Origin: a virus
Lineage: Duplodnaviria > Caudoviricetes
Length of the DNA: 55,207 nt
Virus record (IMG/VR): IMGVR_UViG_3300044640_002813
Span: 1-55,207 of that record
Strand: one strand, 5' to 3'
The notes under the pieces: model-generated
What the model saw: the letters and a program-made list of their open reading frames with translations, nothing else
Database searches by the model: none
What the model was told of the DNA's origin: nothing
Position numbers and translations under genes: made by a program
Shown: positions 25,578 to 35,099 of the stretch, in pieces
How positions within the stretch are numbered: position 1 is the stretch's first letter
Layout of the letters: the number at the start of each line of letters is the position of its first letter

Positions 25578-26576
25578 TCAACTAAAAAGTCTCTTTAGCT
25601 CCTGCCTCTGTCTTCGAATCAGATCAGGAGAATAGGCAGCAATCAATCTTTTAATGTCATTCTGACTGGAAACATAGAGAAGATCTCTTAAAACCGGATC
25701 CTGTATTATTTCTCGATTAGGATCGTATTCGATTTGAATTGCAGCAAGACAATTAGAAGCAAGAGTCTCATACAATCGATAGGTTTTAACGTTATCTAGA
25801 TGCTCTTCATCTCCAGTTATTAATGAAACTTTAACCAGATCTAAGGTCTTCATTAATTCTCCATGCTCTAGTTTTTTCATAAACTCAGCCTGAACTCGAT
25901 CTGACTTATATCCAATTAGTAGATTTTGAGTATCTGTTGGAAAATATTTTCTGATTTGATTTTCTCTAAACGATCCTCTCTTATCTCCATAATATACAAG
26001 GTCCCATTTTTTCTCTACATCTTCTTTAATTAGGTCAAGATCTACACTCTCAAAACGGTGTTTAAAGATGTAAGTGAACCAGTCGACGTGAAGATGATTT
26101 TGAGGCTGCCAACCTAGATATTTAGATACATCTTTTCCTGAAAAAAGATAGGTGGCAGTTTGGATTATGGAATCCCATTTATCTACAGATTGAGTGCATA
26201 ACTGAAACCTATCAGATATGATCTTAGCATAATTGATTGGAGGTATTCTTGGATCATTAACTAACATATAGATCTTTCCTCGGTAATTAGCAAGATCGTT
26301 GCATATTTTTTCGCAATGTTCTCCCATTACTCCTCCAAAAAAATTGGCGGTGCTTAATTGAAGAATCACGGCTCCGTATTCTGAAAAATCAGTATCAGTA
26401 TAATTGATATAAAAATCCAGGTCTTTGGTATTTCTATTTTTGTATCCGACAACATCAACTTGAGCCCCTTTCTCTTCCATCATTTTTTTAATGAACATGG
26501 CTTCTAACCCTCTATGATTCTTATCATTGTAGGTCAAGTTAGCAAATACTGAAGTGATCGCTATTCTCTGTTTCAT
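25578..26576 (-). CDS. bgt: DNA beta-glucosyltransferase, T4 BGT-like
   Basis: Colinear with T4 BGT motifs: NFFGG, KIY..NDPR (catalytic Asp position), KK.D..Y.G..R...RE, LITGD....DN..T.RLYETLAS, LYV. Confidence 0.88.
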   Translation of the reverse strand: MKQRIAITSVFANLTYNDKNHRGLEAMFIKKMMEEKGAQVDVVGYKNRNTKDLDFYINYTDTDFSEYGAVILQLSTANFFGGVMGEHCEKICNDLANYRGKIYMLVNDPRIPPINYAKIISDRFQLCTQSVDKWDSIIQTATYLFSGKDVSKYLGWQPQNHLHVDWFTYIFKHRFESVDLDLIKEDVEKKWDLVYYGDKRGSFRENQIRKYFPTDTQNLLIGYKSDRVQAEFMKKLEHGELMKTLDLVKVSLITGDEEHLDNVKTYRLYETLASNCLAAIQIEYDPNREIIQDPVLRDLLYVSSQNDIKRLIAAYSPDLIRRQRQELKRLFS

Positions 26577-26845
26577 TTTTCGTTAATATAGTTATCTAAT
26601 CCTTGAATGTATGCAACTGCATCTAATAGATTATCCCTTTTATGATTATAGGATTCTCTAGAAAACTTGAGAGCAATGAGTGCTTTAAACATATCTGCTC
26701 CGGTTACGTTTAATCCTGTCATACCATTAAATATCATGGCAGCGCGATCCATTCCTTCTGAAAAAGGGCCGTACATTCGATCAGATTCTTCGCTTCTATT
26801 ATTTACGATCTGATCTGCTTCTTTTAAAATTGATTCTTGATTCAT
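26573..26845 (-). CDS. DUF6378-like small helical protein
   Basis: SILKEA.QIVN.R....R.YG....ALK.SR....K.DN..D...Y; ATGA overlap with bgt. Confidence 0.75.
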   Translation of the reverse strand: MNQESILKEADQIVNNRSEESDRMYGPFSEGMDRAAMIFNGMTGLNVTGADMFKALIALKFSRESYNHKRDNLLDAVAYIQGLDNYINEK

Positions 26846-26851
26846 ATTTAT

Positions 26852-26880
26852 ATTATACTATAAATTCTATTCCAGTTTCA
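26852..26880 (-). promoter_or_regulatory. Bipartite promoter motif TGAAAC-N16-GTATAAT
   Basis: Upstream of DUF6378-bgt, directly after a terminator. Confidence 0.62.
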
Positions 26881-26888
26881 AAAGACAT

Positions 26889-26915
26889 AAAAAAACCTGC
26901 GTTAAGCAGGTTTTT
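26889..26915 (-). terminator. Intrinsic terminator
   Basis: AAAAACCTGC-gttaa-GCAGGTTTTT downstream of 26952..28706. Confidence 0.85.
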
Positions 26916-26951
26916 ATTCTTTTTTAAATAGGTAGGATGTCCCTTTAAAAT

Positions 26952-28706
26952 TTATTTTTTAATAACTCCTTTAGCGATTAAAATGTCCTTTTTAGTAACT
27001 TTACCGTCTCCGCTCATATCTGGAAATTTTCCTCCTTTTTTAGATTTCTTTTTGGATTTTTCCTCTTTTTCTTTCTCTTCTTTTTTCTCTTTAATAGCTT
27101 TAGCTTCAGCTAGGACATCAAATTTAATCAAGTCAACTTTAACGTATTCTTCTTTAAGATTAGAAATTGTAACATTGATTGATTCCTTTACTTTTTCTAG
27201 TTTCTTTTTAGAATCAGTATCCGTATCATCTGATCCAATTGCATCTTCTAATTTTTTAGCTGATACTTCTAATTTTGAAATATCTTGAAGAATCTTATTC
27301 TTCTTGCCTTCTGCTACTTTTCTTAATTTAGAAGCTTCATTTATTTCAGATTCAAAGATTGAACTTACGTCGTAGTTGAATTTGTTCATACAGTGCTCGT
27401 ATAGAGACTGTCCAGTAACACGACTCCATTTTCTCTCTACTTGATTTAGTTTCTCGCATAATATTTTAGTGCCTTCTAATTCAAAAACTGTAGATTCACT
27501 TAAAGTTCGATCGTTCTTGATATTTTTAATAAATTCAAAATTACAGATTAGGTTTTGATTTTCTAAAATAGCTTTAACATCTGATCTTACTGGGGCAGGG
27601 TATAGAGCAAGAGCCTCATTTAAATTAACAGACGCGGCATCAGTAACTTTTTTTCCATTGATCTTTAATTCCAGGTCTCTTTTAAAATTAGGAGTAAATG
27701 AGATTTTAAAATCTTTAATTGAAGAACTCTCAACCCCTTCATAGATATCATACGGCATGAATCCTAATTTAACATAAGATTCGCAAACTCCGTAAAATTT
27801 AGGAAAATTTTGTTTAACCCAGTCAGGATTAACAGTTGATACTCTAAATCCTCCGGTTTTAATATGAACTCGATCTTCTCCTGCAGCTAATTTAGACTCA
27901 GTTAATTTCATGAATCGATCATCAGTGTAAATTAAAAGTCCACCCTTAATCTTTCTAGCTGGAGCAATAGTATTTCGAACTACAGTATCTCCATTTCCAT
28001 TTCCTAAATAGAATGAACCAAACTTTTTAGATTCAAGAATTCTTAAGTTTTCAACTAGAGCATTAACAATAGGAAGGTTAGAAGTTCCATACTTTAAGTT
28101 GATGATGTCCGGAGTGTAAGTTCTCTCAGCTAGCATTTGCTTTAATTCTTTAGAAACGGATTCGTATATTGGACTATTCATTCGATCCATCGACCAAATA
28201 GCATTCAACATTTCAAATCCAGAAGGATTGTTCTCTAAAACTTTAGATATTTTATTAACTGACTTCTTGATTGAAGATTCATGTAAATGTTGGCTAAATT
28301 CTTTTATGAACGGAGGATAAAGAGTAAATTCAGATGCTCCATTTTGGATTGCACCTAGATAATTTTCAACCTTTGTCATGATGATTGGATTAGAATAAGC
28401 AGTCGATTCTTTGATTGACTTTAATTCTCTTTCCAATCCTCCTATTTTATATAGATTTTCAATATATGAATCTATTGTTTTAGAATTTGCAGAAAACTGA
28501 TGTAGGATAACGTCTAAATTTTTATTTTTTAGATGTCGATTTACCCCTTTTAAACTCTCGTTTAATTCATGATATATTTTATCGTAGTTATCGCCTGCGT
28601 TAATTGATTTATTTGCTGATTCAACTACCATTTTAATCAACGAGTTTGTCTTAAAACTTGAGTTGCTAGTAAGTTCAGCTAATACGTTATTTACGAAATC
28701 CTTCAT
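26952..28706 (-). CDS. Putative prohead core/scaffold-like protein
   Basis: 584 aa; many (I/L/V)xE-S/A sites (VVES, LNES, IKES, LHES, LNEA, INEA); C-terminal coiled coil, Lys-rich stretch and DMSGDGKVTKKD loop; own late motif and terminator. Confidence 0.6.
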   Translation of the reverse strand: MKDFVNNVLAELTSNSSFKTNSLIKMVVESANKSINAGDNYDKIYHELNESLKGVNRHLKNKNLDVILHQFSANSKTIDSYIENLYKIGGLERELKSIKESTAYSNPIIMTKVENYLGAIQNGASEFTLYPPFIKEFSQHLHESSIKKSVNKISKVLENNPSGFEMLNAIWSMDRMNSPIYESVSKELKQMLAERTYTPDIINLKYGTSNLPIVNALVENLRILESKKFGSFYLGNGNGDTVVRNTIAPARKIKGGLLIYTDDRFMKLTESKLAAGEDRVHIKTGGFRVSTVNPDWVKQNFPKFYGVCESYVKLGFMPYDIYEGVESSSIKDFKISFTPNFKRDLELKINGKKVTDAASVNLNEALALYPAPVRSDVKAILENQNLICNFEFIKNIKNDRTLSESTVFELEGTKILCEKLNQVERKWSRVTGQSLYEHCMNKFNYDVSSIFESEINEASKLRKVAEGKKNKILQDISKLEVSAKKLEDAIGSDDTDTDSKKKLEKVKESINVTISNLKEEYVKVDLIKFDVLAEAKAIKEKKEEKEKEEKSKKKSKKGGKFPDMSGDGKVTKKDILIAKGVIKK

Positions 28707-28728
28707 TTCTATGTAAATTATTTTATTT

Positions 28729-28735
28729 TATTTAT
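28729..28735 (-). promoter_or_regulatory. Late-type promoter motif ATAAATA
   Basis: 22 nt before ATG 28706. Confidence 0.6.
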
Positions 28736-28768
28736 CTTATTTTTTAGAGAATATTCTAAATTAAATCT

Positions 28769-30835
28769 TTATTTGGTAGATTTAGATCCAGAATTATTTG
28801 TATCCGTTTTAATTTTTTTAGGATTAGGTACGCCAATTCTATTCACAACTCCCGCTACTGCCTTATTTTTAATTGGATTAAGTTCTTCAACTTTAGGCTT
28901 TTTAGAGTTGAGCTTAACATTTAGTTTGTCTATTTTTTCCTCTACCTTCTTAATCATTTCTTCTTTTTTATTTCTAGCTTCAGCTTCGGCTTTAGCATCG
29001 GCAATAGCTTGATCTACATCTGATTGTTCTGAAACCAGTCTCCATTGTCCAGAATATAGAAGAGTCTCAGTTCCATCTTTAGCAACTGATGTAAGATAAA
29101 TTGTGCGGTTAACGGAGTTAACAATTTCAGAACTGTTAGCCTTCTTAACAATAAACAGGATTTCTCCAACTGAAAGATTTTCAGTACTTGGATCATTTTT
29201 ATTATCAATTGACACTTTTCCTTTACTGGTTTCAAACACTAATCTGAAATTTGACGCATTAAGATTTAAATCCAAAGGTATTGGGTTTTGATTAATCACA
29301 TTATATACTTTTAATCTTACAGCGTTATCGAATGGAGTTAGAACAAATCTTAATGCTCCTTGTTTAAATATCACCTGATCTTCAATATCGGTTTTATCGG
29401 CGATCGCACTTACGTTGGCTATAGAAATATTGTTATTACTAAAAAATACTGGGACGTATTCTACGACTGTTATGGGAGCAGCTACAGGTTGAACTAATTG
29501 CGGAACTGTGGGATCTGCAATAGCGACGGTCGTAGTTGCAGTAGGCTGGACCGTTATTTGAGTTGAAGTAATTCCAGTTTGAGAATTAAAACCTGGAGCA
29601 AAACTAGGTTCAATGAATAGATTAGTAGCCTCGAGATTGGTTTTTATGATCTTATTGTAAATCTTCTGAGACTGAGGCTCGTCAGTTAAAGGTATAATGT
29701 TTAGGTTCTTTCCATATTTCTTTGGAGAAAGCAGAGAAAACGAGGCTTCGCGTATGATCTGTTCTCCAGTTCGAGTATTAGTCAATCGACAAAGCAAGTC
29801 GATTGACATGCTCACAGCAGATCCTGCATTTCTTAATACTGGGCGATACAATAGAGGTTCGTCAAATTTCTCTTCTTGGAATATTACCTGTTTAGAAGTA
29901 TTTATGAATGATGATCCGATCTGTTCGAATACGCTCAACTGATGGATGATTATCCAGTTATCCGAAGGGTTTCTTCTATTTAAAATTGAAATCAATTCCT
30001 CAGGAAACGCTGAATTAAATGTGAGATAATATTCTATAAAATCGCCACTTGTAGATTCTCCGACAAAGGCTCCTACTGTATCAAATTCATTACTTTGAGA
30101 TATAGAAGATTCAAAATTTTGGCTAGATTCAAATACGTCGTATTTAACATTTAAAGCAGTAGATAATACTTCTTTTCTTCCGCATTCAGTTAAACTTATA
30201 TTGATTGGATTATTATATATAAAACCTGAATATCCAGTATCAGTCGGAGTTATAGCTGCTGAAAATGTAGTAGAAGGATTTAAGGAAATATTAAATTCTT
30301 CATTTATATTTTTAATAGATGGGACTTTTATATCTATAAATTTATCATAGGTCGCGTTACCTATAAATAGGGGCCTAGGATTAAAAGTTATAATTTCGTT
30401 AATCGTATCATTTGAAACTAAAATACGAGCAAAGACGTTATTTCTCCCATCATTCATTTGATTAGTGACACTTAAAATTATCCCTGCAAGGGGATTTAAT
30501 TGAAATCCTGATATAAAATGGAACCTTACTTTATCGTATACAACATTAAATCCATTTACTGGAGACTCACTTATCTTATCATCGTATATTAAATAATTAG
30601 GAATCTTTTCAGAATCTAAGTATGCAAATTTACCGTTTCCTATTGAAACAGCTGTTAGGTCCCTAATATTTCTAGTAGAATTAATAGCCGAATCCGGGTT
30701 AAAAATTTGATATGAATTAGAATGTTCATTAATTAATAGAGTAAAATCTTCACTCAAAAAGTTAATTGAGTTTAATGGTTCAAACATGTATTCTACAATA
30801 CAATAAGGAGTAAGATTTATAAATCGACTTTGCAT
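28769..30835 (-). CDS. Putative structural protein (beta-rich)
   Basis: 688-aa ORF inside the morphogenesis operon; no recognised motif. Confidence 0.75.
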   Translation of the reverse strand: MQSRFINLTPYCIVEYMFEPLNSINFLSEDFTLLINEHSNSYQIFNPDSAINSTRNIRDLTAVSIGNGKFAYLDSEKIPNYLIYDDKISESPVNGFNVVYDKVRFHFISGFQLNPLAGIILSVTNQMNDGRNNVFARILVSNDTINEIITFNPRPLFIGNATYDKFIDIKVPSIKNINEEFNISLNPSTTFSAAITPTDTGYSGFIYNNPINISLTECGRKEVLSTALNVKYDVFESSQNFESSISQSNEFDTVGAFVGESTSGDFIEYYLTFNSAFPEELISILNRRNPSDNWIIIHQLSVFEQIGSSFINTSKQVIFQEEKFDEPLLYRPVLRNAGSAVSMSIDLLCRLTNTRTGEQIIREASFSLLSPKKYGKNLNIIPLTDEPQSQKIYNKIIKTNLEATNLFIEPSFAPGFNSQTGITSTQITVQPTATTTVAIADPTVPQLVQPVAAPITVVEYVPVFFSNNNISIANVSAIADKTDIEDQVIFKQGALRFVLTPFDNAVRLKVYNVINQNPIPLDLNLNASNFRLVFETSKGKVSIDNKNDPSTENLSVGEILFIVKKANSSEIVNSVNRTIYLTSVAKDGTETLLYSGQWRLVSEQSDVDQAIADAKAEAEARNKKEEMIKKVEEKIDKLNVKLNSKKPKVEELNPIKNKAVAGVVNRIGVPNPKKIKTDTNNSGSKSTK

Positions 30836-30842
30836 TTAAATT

Positions 30843-31634
30843 TTATTTTTTCTTTTCTTTTACAAATTTATAGTAGTAATGTAATCCCACATAATTATTA
30901 GACATTGCATTTAATACTAAGACATTATTTTTATAGTATATACCTCCTCCTATTGAAATCGCTCCTTGATTAGTTGTGAGACTTTTAAAGAATCCACCTC
31001 CAAATACCAAACCTAAATTAGTATATTCTATAGGTTTTACAATTTTATCAGGAGGCAGGCTATTCACAGTCATTGAATCAACTAATAGCCAACTAGGTCC
31101 GATTAATTTACTACTCCACATTCCTTTAGATGTTTCTGTTAAAATCACCTGAAGTGGCAATTTTCCAAATTTCCATTCTCCTAAATAAGTTAAATTTTTA
31201 GTGTGAATTTTACCGTTCCAATTGATAAAAGATTCGCTTGAATTAGGATATTTAAGATCTAATTTTATGATATTGCTATCAACAGGATCCGGCTCTACAT
31301 CTCCTTGAGAAATTTCATCTTTTAAAGAAATGATTGAATTATTGATCATTAGGAGTCTTTCTCCTTGGTTTGTTATCCTCTCATATAATTCGATATTCTG
31401 TTTCTTTAATTGTTCATTTAATTCCTTTTGAGTCTTAAAAAAATTAACTAGTTTAGAATACTGGCCATCATCGTCTTTTTTTAGCCGATCAGCTGCTAAT
31501 ATGTCACGCTGTGCTTGACTGATCTGGTCCTTTAAATCCTGTTTTAATTTTTGATTCTCACAGTGACTGACTATTAATAGAAATATCAGTACTATTACTC
31601 CTATAAAAATAAAATTTTGTCTTACTTCTTTCAT
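30843..31634 (-). CDS. Membrane-anchored coiled-coil protein with a beta-strand C-terminus (spanin-like candidate)
   Basis: N-terminal TM FIFIGVIVLIFLLIV, then a coiled coil and amphipathic strands ending ...GLHYYYKF. Confidence 0.55.
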   Translation of the reverse strand: MKEVRQNFIFIGVIVLIFLLIVSHCENQKLKQDLKDQISQAQRDILAADRLKKDDDGQYSKLVNFFKTQKELNEQLKKQNIELYERITNQGERLLMINNSIISLKDEISQGDVEPDPVDSNIIKLDLKYPNSSESFINWNGKIHTKNLTYLGEWKFGKLPLQVILTETSKGMWSSKLIGPSWLLVDSMTVNSLPPDKIVKPIEYTNLGLVFGGGFFKSLTTNQGAISIGGGIYYKNNVLVLNAMSNNYVGLHYYYKFVKEKKK

Positions 31635-31867
31635 ATTGTTAGCATTTTAAGCAATTCAGAATAGTCTAATTTTCTTCCTATTTGCTCTTCTATTTTATTT
31701 ATAGTTTTTTTTTCTTGTTCTCTAAGTAGATTAAGATCTTCTATTACTCTGGATTTTTGGAATTCAATTTCAATTAATTGATTGTTTAAATCAGTTAATT
31801 CATCATGAATTTTAGAATAGGTAGAACGAATTTGATCTAATTCTTGGAGTTGCGATTGATTCAACAT
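31631..31867 (-). CDS. Small coiled-coil protein
   Basis: 78 aa with heptad pattern; ATGA overlap with the downstream gene. Confidence 0.7.
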   Translation of the reverse strand: MLNQSQLQELDQIRSTYSKIHDELTDLNNQLIEIEFQKSRVIEDLNLLREQEKKTINKIEEQIGRKLDYSELLKMLTI

Positions 31868-31877
31868 ATATTTAATT

Positions 31878-33836
31878 TTAATTTATTACTTTTACTTCTA
31901 AAGGTCCCATTAATAAATCTTCTAATCTTCTCAGTCTCATTGATACCTCTGAAAGATCTACATAATTTCCTCCAACTGATGAATTGGTCATTGCGGTTTG
32001 AGATCCTTCATTAGTTGTTTGATTTGCAACATTATTGGATACCAAGGTCTCAGTGACTTGATTATTGACTGGATTTACTTCATTGTTTGTTTCATTCTTT
32101 AATTCTTCATTTGAATCCTGTGAAGCCGAGTTAGTATTAGTCGAAGTATTATTGAATGTATTAATTGGAGCAACCTTTTTATCTAAACCAACTGGATTTT
32201 TATTCACTTCTAAATTATCTGATTCTTTTAAAATCTCAGTTGATTTATCATTTTTATCAGTTGATACATTATTAGATTCAGTGGACATTGAGCTATTTAG
32301 TACTGTTTCTTTACCAAAGTATGAATTAATCATTTGTAGATCTTCTGCATTTCCAAAATCATTTAATGATATTGCATTAGCATCAGCATCTGTCAGAGAC
32401 TTAGTTACTGTAGTAGTATTTTTATTAAGCTCTTCTACTGTGTTAGTATACGATTCTAGATTATTAGACACTTCTTCTAATTTATCTGTAGTGTTGTTTA
32501 TTTCTGAAGTATTAGATTCAGAATTAGATGAATTTATATTATTATTATTATTATTTTGAGTCGAAGAAATTGGTGTTGAAATTACAGGCTCTCTCGATTC
32601 TTTCTCATTTATAACAGTAGTGTCCTCAACAATTTTATTACTCACATTCGATACTATGTCTTCGGTTACTTGATCTGAATTGATCGCTGATTTCTCCTCA
32701 GTACTTGAACGAGCCAGTTGCAAAATCTGTTCTAGATTGGATTCAGATTCAGCAACCGTCATGGTTTTTTTGCCAAAAATTTCATCTACTATATTAGATG
32801 ATATGTTCTCAGTAGTCTCGTTCAATATAGGAGCAGCATCTTCTATAATTTCCGCTGCTGGATTAACAGGGTTTATGACGGTAGATCCCCCTGAGGATGG
32901 TTGAGAGACATTTGTTACTTCTGAGGTATTTATTTCCTTACTATCATCTATATTATTTTGAGTATTATTTTGATTAATAACTGTCTCATTGACGGTAGAA
33001 GTATTATAAGTAATATTGTTAATTGTCCCGGATTGAGATCCAGAATCTTCAGATTTTATGTCACTTGGAGAATTTATGGTAGTCTCTGAAGCAGATATGT
33101 CGCTTGGTAAAACTTGAGATTCAACCGCAGGGCCCTTGGTTTCTATAGTTTCAGAGCTTTTGGTTATTTCTTCGGACTCAGTTTCTGTTGGATTTATCGG
33201 ACTCTTTCCTTTCTCTGAATCAGGTTTAGTTTCAAAGAAATCAGTGCTTAGAGTTTTAACCTCTTTTTCAGCCTGGTTTAGATTTTCAGTTTCATTTATA
33301 GGTGCTCCTCCCCCTTTTTTAGGAAATATTGCGCCTTTAAACTCTTTGCCAATCTGTTTAAGCTGATCTTTAAAACTTAATTCATTAAAATTTTTATAGA
33401 TATCGCTTATCTGTGTGAGTTTGACGATGTCTGGATAAATTTGCGTATAAAAAGGGGTCGATTCCTTTGACTCTCCGTGAAACAGATACGGTATGTTTAA
33501 ATCAAGCTGCATATCAGCTTTCCAGTATTTAAAGTTTCCCATTTCCTCTGGGCTTACCCCGGGCCCAGCGTTCAAAACATTATAGCTATTATCGATAGCT
33601 ACAAATGCATCTCTTAATTTCTTATTAGATAGGTTATCTCTTCCCATATCAGTGACATTGGTACGGGTACCAACTCTGATTTCCATTAATTGACCTTTTT
33701 GAAAAAATAATTGAACATCCCCTCTAGTAAGAAAATCAAAGACTACATCTTTCATTATACGCTCGGATGTCCAAACAAAACCTAAAGCTTTTAAATCTTC
33801 AATATGGGAGCTAGTAAAATCCTTGATTTCTGCCAT
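31878..33836 (-). CDS. Low-complexity S/N/T/E-rich protein at a tape-measure/hub-like position
   Basis: 652 aa; folded-looking N-terminal part, long disordered middle, C-terminal helix LSEVSMRLRRLEDLLMGPLEV; directly follows the gp26/gp51-like pair. Confidence 0.6.
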   Translation of the reverse strand: MAEIKDFTSSHIEDLKALGFVWTSERIMKDVVFDFLTRGDVQLFFQKGQLMEIRVGTRTNVTDMGRDNLSNKKLRDAFVAIDNSYNVLNAGPGVSPEEMGNFKYWKADMQLDLNIPYLFHGESKESTPFYTQIYPDIVKLTQISDIYKNFNELSFKDQLKQIGKEFKGAIFPKKGGGAPINETENLNQAEKEVKTLSTDFFETKPDSEKGKSPINPTETESEEITKSSETIETKGPAVESQVLPSDISASETTINSPSDIKSEDSGSQSGTINNITYNTSTVNETVINQNNTQNNIDDSKEINTSEVTNVSQPSSGGSTVINPVNPAAEIIEDAAPILNETTENISSNIVDEIFGKKTMTVAESESNLEQILQLARSSTEEKSAINSDQVTEDIVSNVSNKIVEDTTVINEKESREPVISTPISSTQNNNNNNINSSNSESNTSEINNTTDKLEEVSNNLESYTNTVEELNKNTTTVTKSLTDADANAISLNDFGNAEDLQMINSYFGKETVLNSSMSTESNNVSTDKNDKSTEILKESDNLEVNKNPVGLDKKVAPINTFNNTSTNTNSASQDSNEELKNETNNEVNPVNNQVTETLVSNNVANQTTNEGSQTAMTNSSVGGNYVDLSEVSMRLRRLEDLLMGPLEVKVIN

Positions 33837-33858
33837 GAATTGATCTTATTTTTATTAT

Positions 33859-34071
33859 TTATCTCAATTTCAAATGGCTAGGAAGATTGACAGAAGGGGC
33901 AGGCTGATTTGGATTATCAGCCATATTTAGAATATTATCATTCTCCTTTTCTATATCTTTATTGATTATATTTAAGAGAAGGGAGTACTCCATGTATTCC
34001 ATTTCATATAGGGTATCAAAGCTTTGATTAAGCTTCACTGCCAAGCGAGCATTTAGCTCAAATAAGTTCAT
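33859..34071 (-). CDS. Baseplate/tail assembly chaperone, T4 gp51-like; possibly expressed as a frameshift extension of the upstream gene
   Basis: SFDTLYEMEYMEYSLLLNII resembles the S..EI..M...E......L pattern of gp51-like chaperones; frame is open back to 34161. Confidence 0.6.
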   Translation of the reverse strand: MNLFELNARLAVKLNQSFDTLYEMEYMEYSLLLNIINKDIEKENDNILNMADNPNQPAPSVNLPSHLKLR

Positions 34072-35050
34072 CAAGTCCAGCTGAAACAATGAAAATATCT
34101 TTGGTAGTGAAGCTTCCTCCCAAAAAAATGTGACTCTCCACTCCTGACTTACATTTTTCACAAACAGTAGTTGCCCTATTTAAAGAAGCCTTCTTTAAAG
34201 CCTCAGTAAATTTATGAATTATCATAAATTTCTGTTTATTCCAGTTTATAGAGTCAATTTTAAAATTTCCAAGGTCATCCATGCTTATTTTTCTCCAATT
34301 ATTTACCAAATAAGGTCCATAAGAATAAAATGCGCTGTCTACTTCTTTTCCGTTTTGGATGTCTATCTTTCTTTTTTGTGAAAATTTAGAATTCATGCCT
34401 ATTGTTGGCATGTAAAATACTAAAGTTTCACCTAATTTTTCTGAAGGAACAACAAAACATCTGTTTTCTTCCGAATACCATTTTAATATCTCGTCTGGAA
34501 TCTCAAAACCTAGTAGATTTTGACTGATGACCTGAGTTCGGTTTACATGTCCGCACTTATTGTTGTTACATTTTATATTTGCAAACAATTTATTTTCTTG
34601 ATTTGGAAAAGTAAGCTCATAAATTCTAAAAACGATGTGATATTTGTCGACTTCATTAAAGTCGTTAAAATTTAAGGGCATAGATCCACCTTTTATCTTG
34701 AATTTTGTGCAAGAATTTAGGATAAAGTTGATTTTTTCTCTAACATCGATCGGATCGTGCTCATCCATGGTTGACCAGTGTCTAATTTCTTTGGTTTTAG
34801 CCGATCTGATCATAAGTTCAGCATTCAAAGGATAGAACATTCCCTTTGATGGTAAAAGATCAAAGCTTAGGATCTTCCACGGTGACTCTTCAACTGCTGA
34901 CATTTCCATTTGTTGATAGCTGGAAGCTTTTCCTAGACTTTTAACCGGTTCCGATTTAACTTCTTCGACCTGATTAATCCCATTTTGACGATCTAGCTCA
35001 TTTAAATAGCCAAGGGCCTCGTCTTCATCTATTTTATCAAATTCTGACAT
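34058..35050 (-). CDS. Baseplate hub assembly chaperone, T4 gp26-like
   Basis: LPSKGMFYP....IRS..TKE N-terminal motif; two Cys pairs (CNNNKC, CEKC). Confidence 0.75.
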   Translation of the reverse strand: MSEFDKIDEDEALGYLNELDRQNGINQVEEVKSEPVKSLGKASSYQQMEMSAVEESPWKILSFDLLPSKGMFYPLNAELMIRSAKTKEIRHWSTMDEHDPIDVREKINFILNSCTKFKIKGGSMPLNFNDFNEVDKYHIVFRIYELTFPNQENKLFANIKCNNNKCGHVNRTQVISQNLLGFEIPDEILKWYSEENRCFVVPSEKLGETLVFYMPTIGMNSKFSQKRKIDIQNGKEVDSAFYSYGPYLVNNWRKISMDDLGNFKIDSINWNKQKFMIIHKFTEALKKASLNRATTVCEKCKSGVESHIFLGGSFTTKDIFIVSAGLDELI

Positions 35051-35071
35051 AAATATTTATGATTTTTTTAT

Positions 35072-35099
35072 ATTATATACAAAAATAGGCAATCAGTTT
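35072..35099 (-). promoter_or_regulatory. Bipartite promoter motif AAAC-N17-ATATAAT
   Basis: Upstream of the gp26-like gene. Confidence 0.55.

Noticed and set aside
22382-33366. Long antisense ORFs (22382-22876, 26983-27288, 32065-32559 and similar)
   Set aside because: They mirror low-complexity coding regions on the other strand, with no promoter motif or recognisable product.
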